The translations under genes were made by a program, and so were the position numbers. A stretch of 64,000 bases of DNA from Seison nebaliae (taxonomy: Eukaryota): positions 1 through 64,000 of the forward strand of contig JALJEE010000288.1 of assembly GCA_023231475.1 (NCBI GenBank). Direction: 5' to 3'. The notes beneath the pieces are model-generated. The model did no database searches, was not told the origin of the DNA, and saw only the letters and a list, made by a program, of their open reading frames with translations. Shown here piece by piece: positions 1-13,700 of this stretch (position 1 is the first letter of the stretch; each line of letters starts with the position of its first letter).

Positions 1-226
1 TGTCTGGATTTTTGTTTTCCAAAATTTACAGAGGAATCGAGTCTTATCAGTTTGGAATCAAACTATTTCAAGATAAAAAATATACTGCATTTCTGTTAAG
101 AAATGAATTAAAATTGTTGAAGGCATTCTTTTGTATAGAGATGGAACATAGAGACTAGGAAGAGGGATATTATCCATAACGGATATTTTTAACAAATTCA
201 TTTCATTCAGTCTTTTTTAAATCTCG

Positions 227-1550
227 ATGAATTCAAAGGAGTTTTCTTTGTCGAAAACGAATAAGCGAAAAGAATTGTTGATCTATCACAATTATGATTA
301 TCGTTTGAAGCATATATGGAAAGATAATTGTACAAAATCGTGGATTTGTAAGGTCAAGAATTGCAAAGCGAAGATCGTAAGTAGTGGAACGGACATTATA
401 AGTTATGATGAAACTCATAACCACTTATTGGATTATGAAAGATCCGAATTGAGGGAAAGAAAGGTTGAAATGAAGGAGAAGGTTTAGTTAGGAGTAGAGA
501 CAGAAAAGGCAATAATATCGACCGTTTCGTCAATGACAGAGGCTGCGAAAGCGAAGATGGCCACGAAAAATACCATGCAACGTATGCGCCGACGACAGGA
601 GGGCCCTGCTACGAATAATGTGTGTACTCAATTGGTTCCACTCATTAGTTCGTTCATTATTTTCGATTCAAATGAAGATGAAATCCCTTCTCATATACCG
701 TATGACAAAGTTGCAGATGGACGAATGTTAATTCTCAGATCAAAGAAAGCTGAATTTGTTATTGAAACATCAAAAGACTGGTTTCTGGATGGTACATTCA
801 AGGTAGTTCCACCCTCATTCTACCAACTGTACATAGTTCATGTGGAATAGAAGGGAACCAGTTTTCCTATTTTCTATTCTCTGATGAGCAACAAGTCTGA
901 ATCGACGTATCTCTTGATGCTCGAAATCATTAAAACGAAATATTCTGTAAGGCCATCATCGATGATGTTCGATTTCGAGCTGGCTGCAGTGAATGCAGCG
1001 AGGAAAACATACATGGATGTTATTTTCATTTTCGGCAGTGTATTCACCGCCAAATTAAAAAACATCAAACAGCATTAGATGGAGATGATAAATAAATATA
1101 GAAGTTTTTCGCCGCTCTTTCCTTCATTCCTACTGATAAAGTTGAACCCGAGTTAAAAAAAATTTATCACAACGCTCCGTTAACTTGGGATCCGATTTTT
1201 AATTATTTCCACCAACAATTCATTGGTTATCGGGATATTCGGAATAATTTGATAAACAATAATTTTCCCATTCATGTTTGGAACAATTTCGAAGCAATGC
1301 GGAAAAACGGCACTCCTTCTATTACTAATAATATTGCGGAAAGTTTCAATAATTATTTCAATCGAATATCCTCCGGTCAACAGGTAGGTATATTCCGAAT
1401 CTCTTCCGAATAGGAAGCAGAAAAGAATAAAAATCCAAAAATGAAGAAAACACTTACTGCTCGTTTGAAAAACTTAATTGACGCATTTGATACGACTTTT
1501 CATCGTATTTCGAAGAAATAAAGAAAATTGTATGAACTATTTATAATATA
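227..1550 (+). mobile_element. Degenerate Mutator-like (MULE) transposase with N-terminal FLYWCH-type zinc finger (pseudogenised)
   Basis: ORFs 227-487, 533-850 and 884-1078 share one frame, separated by TAG stops. Motifs: W.C....CKA...HNH (FLYWCH-like), WFLDGTFKVVP..FYQLYIVH and MMFDFELAA.NA (MULE DDE domain). Frameshifts follow ~1030; a downstream remnant reads TNNIAESFNN. Confidence 0.88.
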
Positions 1551-1580
1551 GTAAATATCGCATTTTTACAAGTCTGCCTG

Positions 1581-1644
1581 GCTCTTTTGTCCCGTTGCTC
1601 TTTTGTACCGTGGTTCTTTTGTCTCATGGCTCTTATGTCCTTCT
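1581..1644. repeat. Four imperfect tandem 16-bp units (gctcttttgtcccgtt-like), probable subterminal repeats of the MULE element
   Basis: Units start at 1581, 1597, 1613 and 1629, just after the transposase remnant. Confidence 0.75.
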
Positions 1645-2439
1645 CCCCTTTTTCTCACCCAATTGTCTACTAAATCGACTTTTCTTCACTTAATTGTCTA
1701 TTAAACGTAAATTTCCTCATCTTCTATTTGCCTTTTAAATTCCTTAATACTAATTGAAATATCTTAAGATTATTATAATTGTTACGAATATATTTGGGCG
1801 TGCGTAGCGCAGTGGTCTATGCACATTCCCAACGTCACAATGAGACAGACGTAAAAAAGATATAAAAAGTAAAGCCGTAAGGAGGGAGATCACCCAAAAA
1901 ATATTAGGCAGTTAAGTTAGACAGCGCTCTTAAAGTGATGTAGAAAGCGATGATTGAATGGTGATGAAGAGACTGAAATAGATGATAAAGTTATTGGTGG
2001 ATTGAACATTGGATGAGTATAATGTGAGAACGACGAAATTGAATCTTCGAAAATTTTTGTGAAATCCATGATGCGAATTTTAGATTTTGTAATAATGCGT
2101 AAATAATTTCATATTATAGTGGTTATATCATAGTGGGGGCGAGGTTAGAGAAAAATGCCGTTGGTTAGAAAGTTTTTGACCACGAGACCATGTGTCACTT
2201 TTTCATGCTGAAACCGAATATTTTACTTAAAATTAGTTATTTTTAAAATTTCTCAACCTAAAATATGATTCTCGAATCTCAAAAATAGAGAAAAATGAAG
2301 TTTGTTAATTAATCGATTATTGGACGACGATTTTTAAATTTATTTTTGTCGATGTTAGAACTATTTGAAAGAGCTTGAATTAGGCTATCTAACAGTATGC
2401 TCCCTTACGCATATAATGCTATTTGAAGAAAGTTATGAG

Positions 2440-3290
2440 CATTTATAAAATATAGAATTTTGTCCGATTACTTTTGAATACAGCTGTATACTTCTTCTAT
2501 TACATTTAAGTCTGGACTACATGGGTGCCACGCCATAACATTAATTAAATTGTTATTAAACCATTCCTTGGTGGTTTTTGCGGTGTGAGGTCTGGCGTTG
2601 TCCTGTTGAAACATCAAATGAGGATGTTCTTTGGATAGAGGGGCCAAATATTTTTGAAGAATTTCAATGTATTTCTCGGAATTTACTGACCCATCGATGA
2701 AAACAATCGGTGATTTACCTTCATATCAAATGCCGGCCCATACCATGACACCCAACCTGGAGCCCCTCACCGATTTTGAGAAAATAGAGGGTTCCTTCTT
2801 TAGGTCAGGCCAATAGAACGTAAAACCGTCAGGACCATTGATATTAAATTTTTTTTCGTCACTGAAGATAACGAATTGACCATTATTTCCCTCACTGATC
2901 CAATTTCTAATGTTTTCTACCCGGTTGGCCATAGATTTTTTTGTCCATAATGGTTCTTTTTTCAATTTTTCTCTTCGTCGATGTTGTTAATCTTCGATTC
3001 ACTGTGCTCACAATTACATCTAAATCCGATTTACTGGTAATTTTTCTACATGAACTCCCAACATTTCCGGCTTCCTTTAATAAACGACGGCCTTTTTGCG
3101 ACCTATCTTCGACATATTTTTCCCATATATTACGCATTTCGATCGGAGGAGTTTTCGGGCGACACTCATTCCTTCACCAAAATAGGCGTCAATTTGGCCT
3201 TTTTCATAATCGTTCGATACATTTGCTTTACCCATATCTCCGAAAGACTTTGATTAGCTGTAGTTTTAAATTTAAATCAATATTACATCA
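2440..3290 (-). mobile_element. Degenerate Tc1/mariner transposase (Tc1/Tc3-like DDE)
   Basis: VIFSDEKKFNINGPDG, VMVWAGI*, then LMFQQDNARPHTAK and WHPCSPDLNVIEE in the same frame after a TGA stop at 2726-2728. Frameshift near 2940. Boundaries approximate. Confidence 0.9.
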
Positions 3291-3538
3291 TGTGGACCTA
3301 AAATTTATTAATATTTTTTAAAGTTTTGACAAAAATAAATCAGGATTTTGAATTTCATATGTAAAATGATGGTATTAATAGTTGCTATGATAATATAGAA
3401 AGGTATATCTAAATGTAGAATGAATATTTCGTTTAAAATAAAGTATAATTCGAACTGTGTACGAATTGTTGAAATAAATGACTTTATTTTTTAAGTGAAA
3501 TTTTACTTTGATAAAATTGTGATAATGATTATAAATAA

Positions 3539-4226
3539 TTATTTCACTGCAGACATTCTCCAAAGACCATCGTTCAAATAATGGACAAGATCAATTGCAA
3601 TGCCTTTGTTAACTTCTTGTATTTTTTCGCTGGACATCCTCATACGTCCAATGGCCATTGCATGTTCTTTCCCTTCAGCCATAATGGCGACATATTCGTC
3701 TTCATCGATATTAGCTTCTAATTTCGCTCCTGTTGATGTCAATCCCGGACACATAATATTTGCACCTGATATCACGAATTTAATTGCTCCTTTGTCAACT
3801 TGTTGTCTGGTCATCATTTGAGGATCTGAAAGAGAATAAATTTGTCTTGTAAAATTATGAACCAACATTGATGTAGTAATTGCAATGTGGGAATGAATGG
3901 AGTACCTTTGGATCGAAAAAATTGTGGATTGCCTTTGAAATCACAAAGAATTTCTATATGATCCGTACTTGATTTGAAGAAAGATAAAATTTTATACAAT
4001 TATAAATTACAAACCATTTTGCAATTTTTGCAACTTCTCTCTTAGGGAAAGCGATATTCATATAGGATGTCAGAATTGGATATCTTCGAATAATCTTCTC
4101 TTTGACCGTTTTCAAATCATTTCTCTTCATCTGATTACAGGTGCTAATGTTATCGTTGTCAACAAATCTTTAATGCTATCATTTAAATTAAAATTAAGAG
4201 ATTATAAGACGAAACTTTTTGAACAT
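3539..4226 (-). CDS. MCTS1: Malignant T-cell amplified sequence 1 (PUA-domain translation reinitiation factor), 4 exons
   Basis: Exons 4226-4216, 4167-4015, 3967-3867, 3825-3539. MFKKF N-terminus, [36 protein letters not shown] introns of 48, 47 and 41 nt. Confidence 0.95.
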
Positions 4227-5268
4227 TTCTGATTTGTAGCGAAATTTAATTTATCGTTTCCAATTTTTGCTAGTCGTTTTATTTTAATTATCTTCTATGC
4301 CTAAGTTCTGAAACTATTTGAACTGTGGAGAGTTATTTCAAAAATTATGGAATCTCACTACGACAATTCCATTCAGCAGAATATCATATTTACTCATAAT
4401 TATTATTTATATACTACTAGTTAACTAAATATTATAATTATTGTTATATATTACAATTATATATTTAATATTGAAGTTATTTATTGAAATAATGGAAGCA
4501 TTTATTTAACTTTCATGATTCCAAATTTAGAGTTACTTATATTCTTCCTTCATTGATATTGAAATTTCAAATATTTATAAAGAAATTTCTGTTGGAAAAT
4601 CAGATATTCACTAAATTATTATTATTAACCAAAGTATTCAATGTGAGAGTATCAATTAGTATATAAACCTAATTGGGAAAAGAAAGAACAACATACTCTT
4701 TTAAAAGAAATCAAATTTCATTTTTTTAATGTTCAATTTTAAGAAATTATTCATTTTCTACATTTTTTTAATTTCTCATTCCAGTTTGACAGTAATCGAT
4801 TTACATCGAGAATTAAAAGGTTTCATAACATTGTCCCAATTTGTCTAACCATCCGTTCATATAGGAAGGAATCATTGTAGTTGTGTAACAGATTTTACTA
4901 AAATTTGCACATGTTGCCTATTAGTTAATGAAGAAAATGGTTAGATGAATTTAGACAATTATGATTCTTAATTATAGGAACTTCAGAATGCTTGGTAATT
5001 AGTAAATTATCGGATAGATTAAGTTTGAAGTACAGTCGAGGTATGAACCAGATACAGATAGTGGATTTATTTCCTCAAAATCCAACTTTTACCAAATGTT
5101 TTCAAAAGAATAATAAACTGATTGTTTGTATTGTCCCGTTATTTGTGAAAGTTAAGGAGAATTTAGTAACCGGATGTTTCGTCACTTACGGGAATAATTA
5201 TCGAAAGAAAGATATATCAATTTGCTTTAATTTTATAAAATAAAAAAATTAGTTTAAGGTTATTATCC

Positions 5269-7428
5269 TCAAATGTTCATTTTTGCAGGTTTTGTTTGAA
5301 TTTTGGATTTAGCTATATTGGCAGCTATATTTCCATCATAAGTTATATTGAATGTTTTCTTGATCATTGTATCGGATAATTCATTAGGTAATTGATAATG
5401 ACCAGGTCCTGGAACGTCAGTGATCGGTTCTTGAAATCGAGTACTTTTCGACAGGTTCCCACCAATCACTTTCTTTTTTGAATTATTTGTCAGATTATAC
5501 AGATTTGGAGCTAAAATGATAATTATAATAATTCATTGAAAAAGTCTTATGAATAACCAGGAATGTCGGTTTGAGTTCTCAAGAACTCTGGTAATTTCTC
5601 CTCCGATTTCTTCTTTCGATTATCATGTTCGATAACAAAAGTTTTCGATCTTTTCATTTTCCTCAATCTTTTCATGGAGGATTTTAGAACACCGTCATTT
5701 AAAGCGTTGTATGCATTTGCTACATCATATAAGCCTGGTCCTAAAAATTCAACGTCGGATGCCAAAGCCAAAGATTGTTTCTTTTCTAAAGATACTTTAG
5801 GTTTATCTTCTAAACGAGGAACAACTGATTCAAAAACAGCTGATTTCTTCTTCTTAATTACTTCATGTTTCCTTAAAAAACTGTCGTCAATAAAATGAGA
5901 TCCTGGTCCAGGTACTTCCAATTTGTTTCTTGAAAAACATTGACGTGGAACGGTTGACATAAATGGAGGTTTTCTACCGAATTCAAGGAAAGCCTTTTTC
6001 AAATTTTCATCAGTGAATGACAATTGGTTATACTCACAAGGTGATGGCCGATAAAGTGAAGAAGATGATAAAGATTTCTTGAAACGAGTATCTGTCTGAT
6101 TAAATGGAACACTTTTCAAATTTTTATTTTTTCGGAATGATTCATAATAAGATTTCATATCTACATATGATCCTGGAGCTGGATTCTCATTAACATCTGT
6201 ATTAAATCTCTAAAGAAATTGATTAGATGAATTTATATTTATTAATTTAATAACTTTACTACTTGTCCCAAAAGGAATTTTAGTTAATAAGTTATTCTTC
6301 TTATTCGCTATCGGAAAATCACTTCTTAATTCATATGCTCCAGGTGGTGGAATACTCTATGATAATAGTTTGGATAAACTGAAAAAAATATTAATTTAAC
6401 TTCCTTCAAAGCATTTGACACAACTTTCTCCGTAAATCTTTCGAGCGGTTTTTTAGAAGATTCATCACTTTCAACCTGCCTAACATTTATATTTTCCTTC
6501 TGTACCCTTTCTCCGTATGGAGAATAATGACCTGGTCCGGGAGCTTCACCATCTAAATTTGCATTTCCGAATAATGTCGAGAATCGATCGGACGTTCTAT
6601 TTCCAAATCGTATTCCTTTGTATTGGTCAGTAGTCCGTTTCTGAAAATATAATTAAAAATGAATTTCTTTTAAATATTCCAACGATATCACCAATGTCAT
6701 AAAAGTCAGTTTTCTTATTTTCTTCCGCTGCTTCTTGTGGTTGTAATTCACCATCAGCTTCTTCCATATATCCATATGCTAAACGTGGATGAGGTATTGA
6801 TGGGGCTTCAAACTTCCGAACAAATTTTATCTTTTAACGATAAATGCCATTGAATTCCACGAATGAAAGAATTCAAACTTTTTTTTTGTTTAATTTTTCT
6901 TTATTCTTTTTCAAATGTGAAAACGATGCTAAGTCCAAACCTTCCAACTGAAATTTTTTATCGAACGTTCCTTTCACATTATAAGTTGTTGGACTTGGAA
7001 CGGATTTCTTTTGTTGGGCAAATCGTTTCACTGTCGATCTTAACGACGTACCTCCCTGATAAAACTTTTATTAAGCAAATTAATAATTTGGAAAACTAAC
7101 TCGATTCCCCAACTTCTCTATATCGAGTCCTTCATTGTGTGTTGTGTCATAATATCCTAATTTACCAGTTAGAAACTGTCAAATGCTAAAAACGATATGA
7201 TTTGAACCTGGTCCTGGTGCATTACTATTCATGTTGAAAACATTTCTATCTGCCAATGAAGCAAATGGAGCAAAATCTAAAAATGAACATGATTGTCAAT
7301 GTCATGAAGATAATTAGACTTTTTCGTTGAGGTTTAAATCTTCCAGCTATTTCATAAGAACCCGGTCCCAAAATTTCATCTGTTCTATGTTGCGCTAGAT
7401 CTAAGTTTCGGTTACTTCGGTAATACAT
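5269..7428 (-). CDS. STPG2: Sperm-tail PG-rich (SHIPPO-repeat) protein, STPG2-like, 9 exons
   Basis: Many PGPG.Y repeats. N-terminal LGPGSYE...FAPFASL and C-terminal PGPGHYQL...KKTFNIT. Eight short GT-AG introns restore one frame. Confidence 0.8.
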
Positions 7429-7525
7429 TTTTAATTGGGATTAATTCTTGACTTATCAACTTATCAATTAAGTTTGTTGATAATGTTATTTTATCAGAAG
7501 GATCAATGATAGATATTTATACAGA

Positions 7526-7540
7526 GTTCCCGATAGCAAC
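7526..7540. promoter_or_regulatory. Candidate RFX X-box upstream of the STPG2-like gene
   Basis: GTTCCCGATAGCAAC, ~100 bp upstream of the minus-strand ATG at 7428. Confidence 0.6.
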
Positions 7541-10500
7541 TAATCTAAAGTTTTATTCGCAGATAATTTCCATTTAATTTTTTATTCCATCAAATATCAA
7601 GAAGAAAGCTTGGAAAGTTTAACCATATTGTTCATTTCGCTTGAATTCAAATCTTTTCATTAGTTAGTCTAATTATTTTCATTCTAATTTTAAAATTATG
7701 TTTGATACTTCTCAATTGAAAAATATCTTCAAAAAATAAAAATTTTTTAAAAGTTAAATTCTTGTGAAGTTTCAACTTTATCTCACTTGTAGTCAATTTT
7801 GGGTTGAATAACATTTTGTAGATATTAGATAAAATCTATTGCGGAAACAAATTTGATGAAGAGATGATTAGATATTTCTTTAACATTTCTTTTAAATTTC
7901 CTTTTATTATTATAGAAATTTTGTTAGTTAGAAGATTTCTCGTGGGAAATTCCTTTCTCTACCTCTGATAATAGATCGATTAAGCTAATATGTTTTGTAA
8001 GAGATTAAGTTGAGCATAATTCATCGCAGGTATTAACAGGTAAAGATGATATAATACATTAGTTAATGAGTTAGTGATGAAAGCATATTAATACATATCG
8101 GCTCATTACTAACATAAATTGGAGGATTATTCGAATTTCTCTTGAAAATCTGAAAGAAAAATGGAAGATTAAGATTGAGGTAGAATTATATCAGTCTTTA
8201 TGATCTTCATTTAATTTACAGATGAATGATTGATGAATGAGAGAGATGGAGGAAGTAAATTGTTCATCATTTTCATATTCTTACTATATTAGAAGTGAGG
8301 GCAGAATGGCGAACCGACAGCGACCGCTAATCGGATTAATTAATGAATCATTTCTATTCCGTTACAATTCATTTTTCTGTTATACGTTGCAATTTATTGG
8401 GCAGTTGATAGTGTCATTTTCCTCATATTACATCCGTTATTCTCTTATGAGTCGACTTCAACCATATCTTCTTCTACCAACGATGAACCACCTTTTCTTA
8501 ATTCTTTTCCATTCGTCACAAATATCTTACGATCTCTAGAATATCTTTTAATCAAATATTCGTTAATTGAATTGTTAATCTTGAAAATATGTAAAGAAAA
8601 TGTCATTGGGTAAGAGATTGAATGAATGAACTGATTCATGTCAATGTTAAGACGAAACTGAAAGAAAATTCATGGAATGTTCTCCATCAAACTTTCCATT
8701 CTTCATGATCGACATAATTCTTTCAGTCATCTTCCAATTCGACTTCTTTCCTTCTGGTAAATTCTAAATCATTTATAAGAATTTCGTCGATTTTCTGTTG
8801 AAGATGAAATTTATATTATATGTCCTATTTTTTCGTCACAAAATATTGAGATTCATGAAATTAAGTGAACCATAAATATTTTTCCTTAATTCTTTAAACT
8901 TTCTGTAGCTGTAACCTTTCCTAACCGATGGTTAATATATATATTATATGTGATATCTATCTCCATCCTCACAAATGAAATAGATTTGGGAGAATGGGGA
9001 ATAAAATGAAATTAATTGATTTCCTAAATCTATTCTGAATAGACCATTCACTTATTAACTTTGACAATTAACTGATAGTGACACAGTTATTCATTATGAC
9101 ATCATTAAACTTTCCATTAGATTACTTTCTCCTTTATCCAACAATTTCTTTCATGAAATATTTTAATTAGAAACTAATTAGAATCATTCATTTATTGAAC
9201 ATGGTTATATGATCATCATGTTCAAATGAATGTCATAATCAACACCATTTTTGTGAAATTGACCGATTTGTCATTTGTACGAATCATTTCTTTAATATTT
9301 TATGTAAAACGGAAATGAGAATTATCATTTCCTAATTATACAAATTTCTAGTTGTAACGAAACTTAATTTTACGAATGTATTAGATTTGAGAGCTGTTGT
9401 TGTAGTAAAAAATTTGGAAAATTTTCATTTAATTGTTACGAAGTGACGTAATCCGTATAATGGAAAATAGCCTCTTCCGCAAAAATTATTAATTCAGTTC
9501 TGAAGTGTTCGAAAATTTGTTTACATTCCGAATAAAGTTATAGTGTTGTAGTATGTGGAAAATAAACATTTTATTCTCCTTTTTTCCCATCGGTATGGGA
9601 TGAAAATCGTCAAAATTCATCATTAGTCGTCATGGTAACGAGATATTGTCATCAATAATCATTTTCTCTTATTCGACATGAGAATGATTATAAGTAAGTG
9701 GAATTGATTCGAATTTCAAATTGAAGTTTAGTTTTGATGAGTAATGGAACCATATGGAGAAGATTCTCTGTTCCTCTTCCACTTTCTCCAACGTAAATAA
9801 AAAATTCTTATTCGTAAGCGAAAGTATTCATTGATGCGGGTCAAGAATAAATAAACATTCTTCCTAAACCAAATTTACTCATAGAATGGACGCCCAAATA
9901 TTCCCGTTGATTTCACTATCAACATTATTACAATTATTCTGAAGAACATTATCGCCGCCTTCATCTTCATCATATAATTTCTTTTCATTCCCTCAAAAAT
10001 TTATCAGTCAAATAAAAGAAATTTATAAATTATCTATCCATTATCTCTCTCAGACATCAACATAAACTTCAACATTTTTACTCTTAACCATTTAATGTTA
10101 CTCTGTACAAGAGAACTGTGCACATATAATTCACCATAAGATATTTCGTTTTTTCCATCTTCGTTAATGTTCCTATTCTAAATGAAAGAAATCTCACAAT
10201 ATTGTCTTTTAATTCAAACTTATTTCATGTTTATCAATTTCGTCATTATTTACCTGAATCCTATCATGAAATTGAAGTACCGTTCAGTATAGTACATGTT
10301 CTTCAAAAATATTAAAGATGAAAGGAATTCATCCACAATGAATAGGAGAAGTGCCTGATAAGTAGCCATCGGTCAAATGACTCCTAATCATAAATTCATT
10401 ATTGTCTCTTCTCCTGATTCATAAATAAATTATTATCATTCGCTCTTGTCAAATACTAGTCAAAAATATTATACCGAATCGGTTTATCGATATTACCGAT

Positions 10501-10662
10501 ATGTTTTCATCTTTTCTTCTACGTATCTCACTCAAAAAAAGGAAATTTTTCGTTTTTCCACTAAACTTCCAACTACTTGGTCGATTTTTAGAGAATTATG
10601 TTAGTACTAATAGTCATCCCAAAGTAGTAAAATTAAAAAAAATAAATTATTATTATTCCAAA

Positions 10663-10757
10663 GTCAAATTTCCTTCAATTTCTCTATATTTTTTGAACTC
10701 TTTAAGAAAATAAAATCCAGACACCTAAAAATATAGAAAAATTGAAGGAAATTTGAC
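10663..10757. repeat. 31-bp inverted repeat (1 mismatch) with 33-nt spacer
   Basis: 10663-10693 gtcaaatttccttcaatttctctatattttt is the reverse complement of 10727-10757 aaaaatatagaaaaattgaaggaaatttgac, apart from one base. Confidence 0.85.
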
Positions 10758-13700
10758 AGAGGTCACCATGGGAAAATGCCTTAATTTCCTTTTAAAAATT
10801 ACGATTTTAACTTAAGAAATTTTTTGACAATAGAACTTGAACGTAGCTATATAATGATACCTTTTTCATCAAATTTGGATAAATACTAAAAAATCGACAA
10901 CAACAAATAAAAAGTGAATTTTTTGAAATAGAAAAAAAATGTTCAAATTCTATTTCAAAATTTTAATACTAATATTTATTTTTTTAAATGAAGTTATCAG
11001 AGAATTTTATGCTCTTTCGAATGAACCCTAGTACATTATTTTCAATGAGCAGAAACTGGTTAAAATCTCATTTTTCTGCTCAATTTTTTTCTCGGGTTGG
11101 AAGGAACTTGGGGGAAAAGTAACAGCATCATAATAATACTCAATAATTCCCAATTATAATGAATTATGCAATTGTTATTGATAATCAGAATCATTAACAG
11201 AAAAATTGTCGAGTTGGACCGATATTGTGCAATTATTCGGTAGAGAAAAAAGATTTATTGATTTATTCAATGAGAATTCTCTTCGTGAGGAATGTTCCTC
11301 AGATAGAAATGAAGTGCCACTATCAGAACAACCATCAAGTTCCCGTTCGTATCATTGACGAGGAATAATTGAAAGCAAATGTGATAACCTTGTGAATGTT
11401 AGTGAATGGAATGTGCAGTTGTTATTCTTGTGGATAAATATGGGAAATGTACATCCAGTCGGATATGTTACAAGTTAAAACTGTGAGAGTGATTGAGGAA
11501 GTATTTAGTGTAATTCCTTCTCTTCACAATGAATATTTATTGACGATATTTAATTGGAAAAATGTATGAGAATCATTCGAATTATTTACGAAAACGAATT
11601 ATTATTTATAAAGAGAAATCTTCGCTCCATATCAATATCACATCAATTCACCACCAACACAATTGAATGTTATTATGTAATGAGCTCATTCTATATCTGA
11701 TATCTGGGGAATATGTACCGAACTATGAATATTGAAATTTCTTCTAACAATACACTTATATATCAGTTAATCACTTAGCACTTCTCATTTAACTAAAAGT
11801 GAATAATGTTACAAGGAACCTGAATATATTCGCAATTCGTTAGGTCTCATTGCACGAAACATATTTCACTACTCTTCTTCTTCCCCTTTCATGTTTGTTA
11901 CCACAAAAATTATCTTGTCGAAATTTAATGTTAACTATTTTCTAGTCTTCTCATTTCATCTGACGGAAGACCATCATCTGATGATTCTTGTTATCTGATG
12001 ATTTCAATTTAGACTCGTTTCTTTTGACACATCGATTTTTCGGGAGGGAAAGTAAGTAAATAATCAGTTTATTTACCTATTAAACGATTAATGGAAAATT
12101 GAATAGATATCGTTTCTTCAATATTAAACCATTTTCTTCACTTCCAAATGAAGTTGATTATATTTGTCATAATATCATCATCTCATATCTTACGGATTAT
12201 TGGAGGAGGTGTGCACAACTCAATGACATATTAAATTTAGGAAACTTCTCCCATCTTTGTTGGATAAGTAAATATCTAGGAAATATAAGATTATTCTCAA
12301 ATAATTATGGAAAGTCAAAAGGAATATGAAGTATATGTGTTTAGTTGATAGGAAATCACATTTCTACACTTATCAAAAAATGGAACGTCTTCGTCAAAGT
12401 CTTCATGGTTATCCGTTGGTAAGTGACTCCAAAGAATTTAGGAATTCTAAAGTTATCCTCTTTATTTCCTTGTAATCGAAGACGAATAATTTCACGAATA
12501 CCAGTCAAATTTTTCGTATTACCGAAATATCAAAGGACCATATCACTAATTTTCGGGATTAGAAGCCTAACAGAAGTTTGCTAAATAAAATGGAAATATT
12601 TTCCGAAAAGATCTTCACAAAAAACTTCAAATATTTTTAGGACAATGTTTTTTTTGTTTTTATTGAAGGAATTTCGCTTCTTATTCCACTGTCCGTATTA
12701 TATTCGTATCTATAGAAACTAGTTGAAAGAAATCAATTAAAAATTCTTCAGGAACCGAGAAAGTATAAACGAGAAATTCTTGTAAGAGAAAGTTTCTCTC
12801 CAGTCTTTTTTTAGAATCAAATCAATTATAATATTTGGTTATTCTATTTGGTCAATTGATTGTTCGGTCGATTATTGTTCGAAATCGATTTAGATGAAAA
12901 TCATATTGTCAGAATGCTCGTTGGAATTTTATTGAAATAATTGAATGTTGGAAAATGATAACCTTCAATACTTCTGCCAGAGAGTCTTAGAAAGAAGAAA
13001 AAAAGTACTCGACTAATTGTCAGTTGGATGAGTGTGTTAATTATTAAGTTATAAGAGGAAAACCTTTTATCTGCTCCATCATATGGTAGTCGAGAAGTTA
13101 TTTTAGAAGTTAGTCATATGAGAACAGTTGTATGGCGAACACCTTCGTGGCGAACACTTTCATGGACAAGAAGAAGAAGGTTTTACATATTGTGTTCTTG
13201 TTGAATCACATGGAAAAGCTGAGAAGCAAACACTTGATTATTTTGTCTCATGTTATGATAATGGAATGAATTGTATGGAATATGCTACTCCCAATTACAT
13301 TGTGAGAGTCGATGACAATACGAAATGATAAACGAAATTTTGATGTGGGAAAAGTGGAGAGAAATGTGTGTTTAGTTTTCCATATTATAGATTGTCTAAT
13401 TTTAAACGGGGAATGAAAACGACGAGGGGAAACTTATTTTGAAAAGAAGAAGATATGAGTAACGAGTGGGAAGAGGAAGTAGGAAATATTTAGGGACCGG
13501 ATCGTCCACCTAAAACAAAATGATTTTTTATTTATTGATAATTCAGAAATCAATAAAAAGAACAAAGAAATCGATTTTTTCTCCGAAAACAATGACGTTA
13601 TTATTGGTTGTTATTGTTTGGTTGAAGTAAAAGGTGTAGCATAACTTATCTGTTATTTGATATTAATAGATTGTGAATATATTCACAAGTCATTCCTCCA

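Noticed and set aside
485..850. Two in-frame TAG codons in the MULE ORF, and no TAG stops among the 18 host genes, suggesting TAG reassignment
   Set aside because: The element also has frameshifts. No conserved host CDS contains an internal TAG, and TAG is expected to be rare in AT-rich genomes.
1581..1644. Periodic repeat superficially like a CRISPR array
   Set aside because: Contiguous 16-bp units with no spacers, in a eukaryotic transposon context.
1796..1830. tRNA A-box-like sequence TAGCGCAGTGG within a small hairpin
   Set aside because: No B-box (GTTCRA) or cloverleaf downstream; at most a SINE/tRNA fragment.
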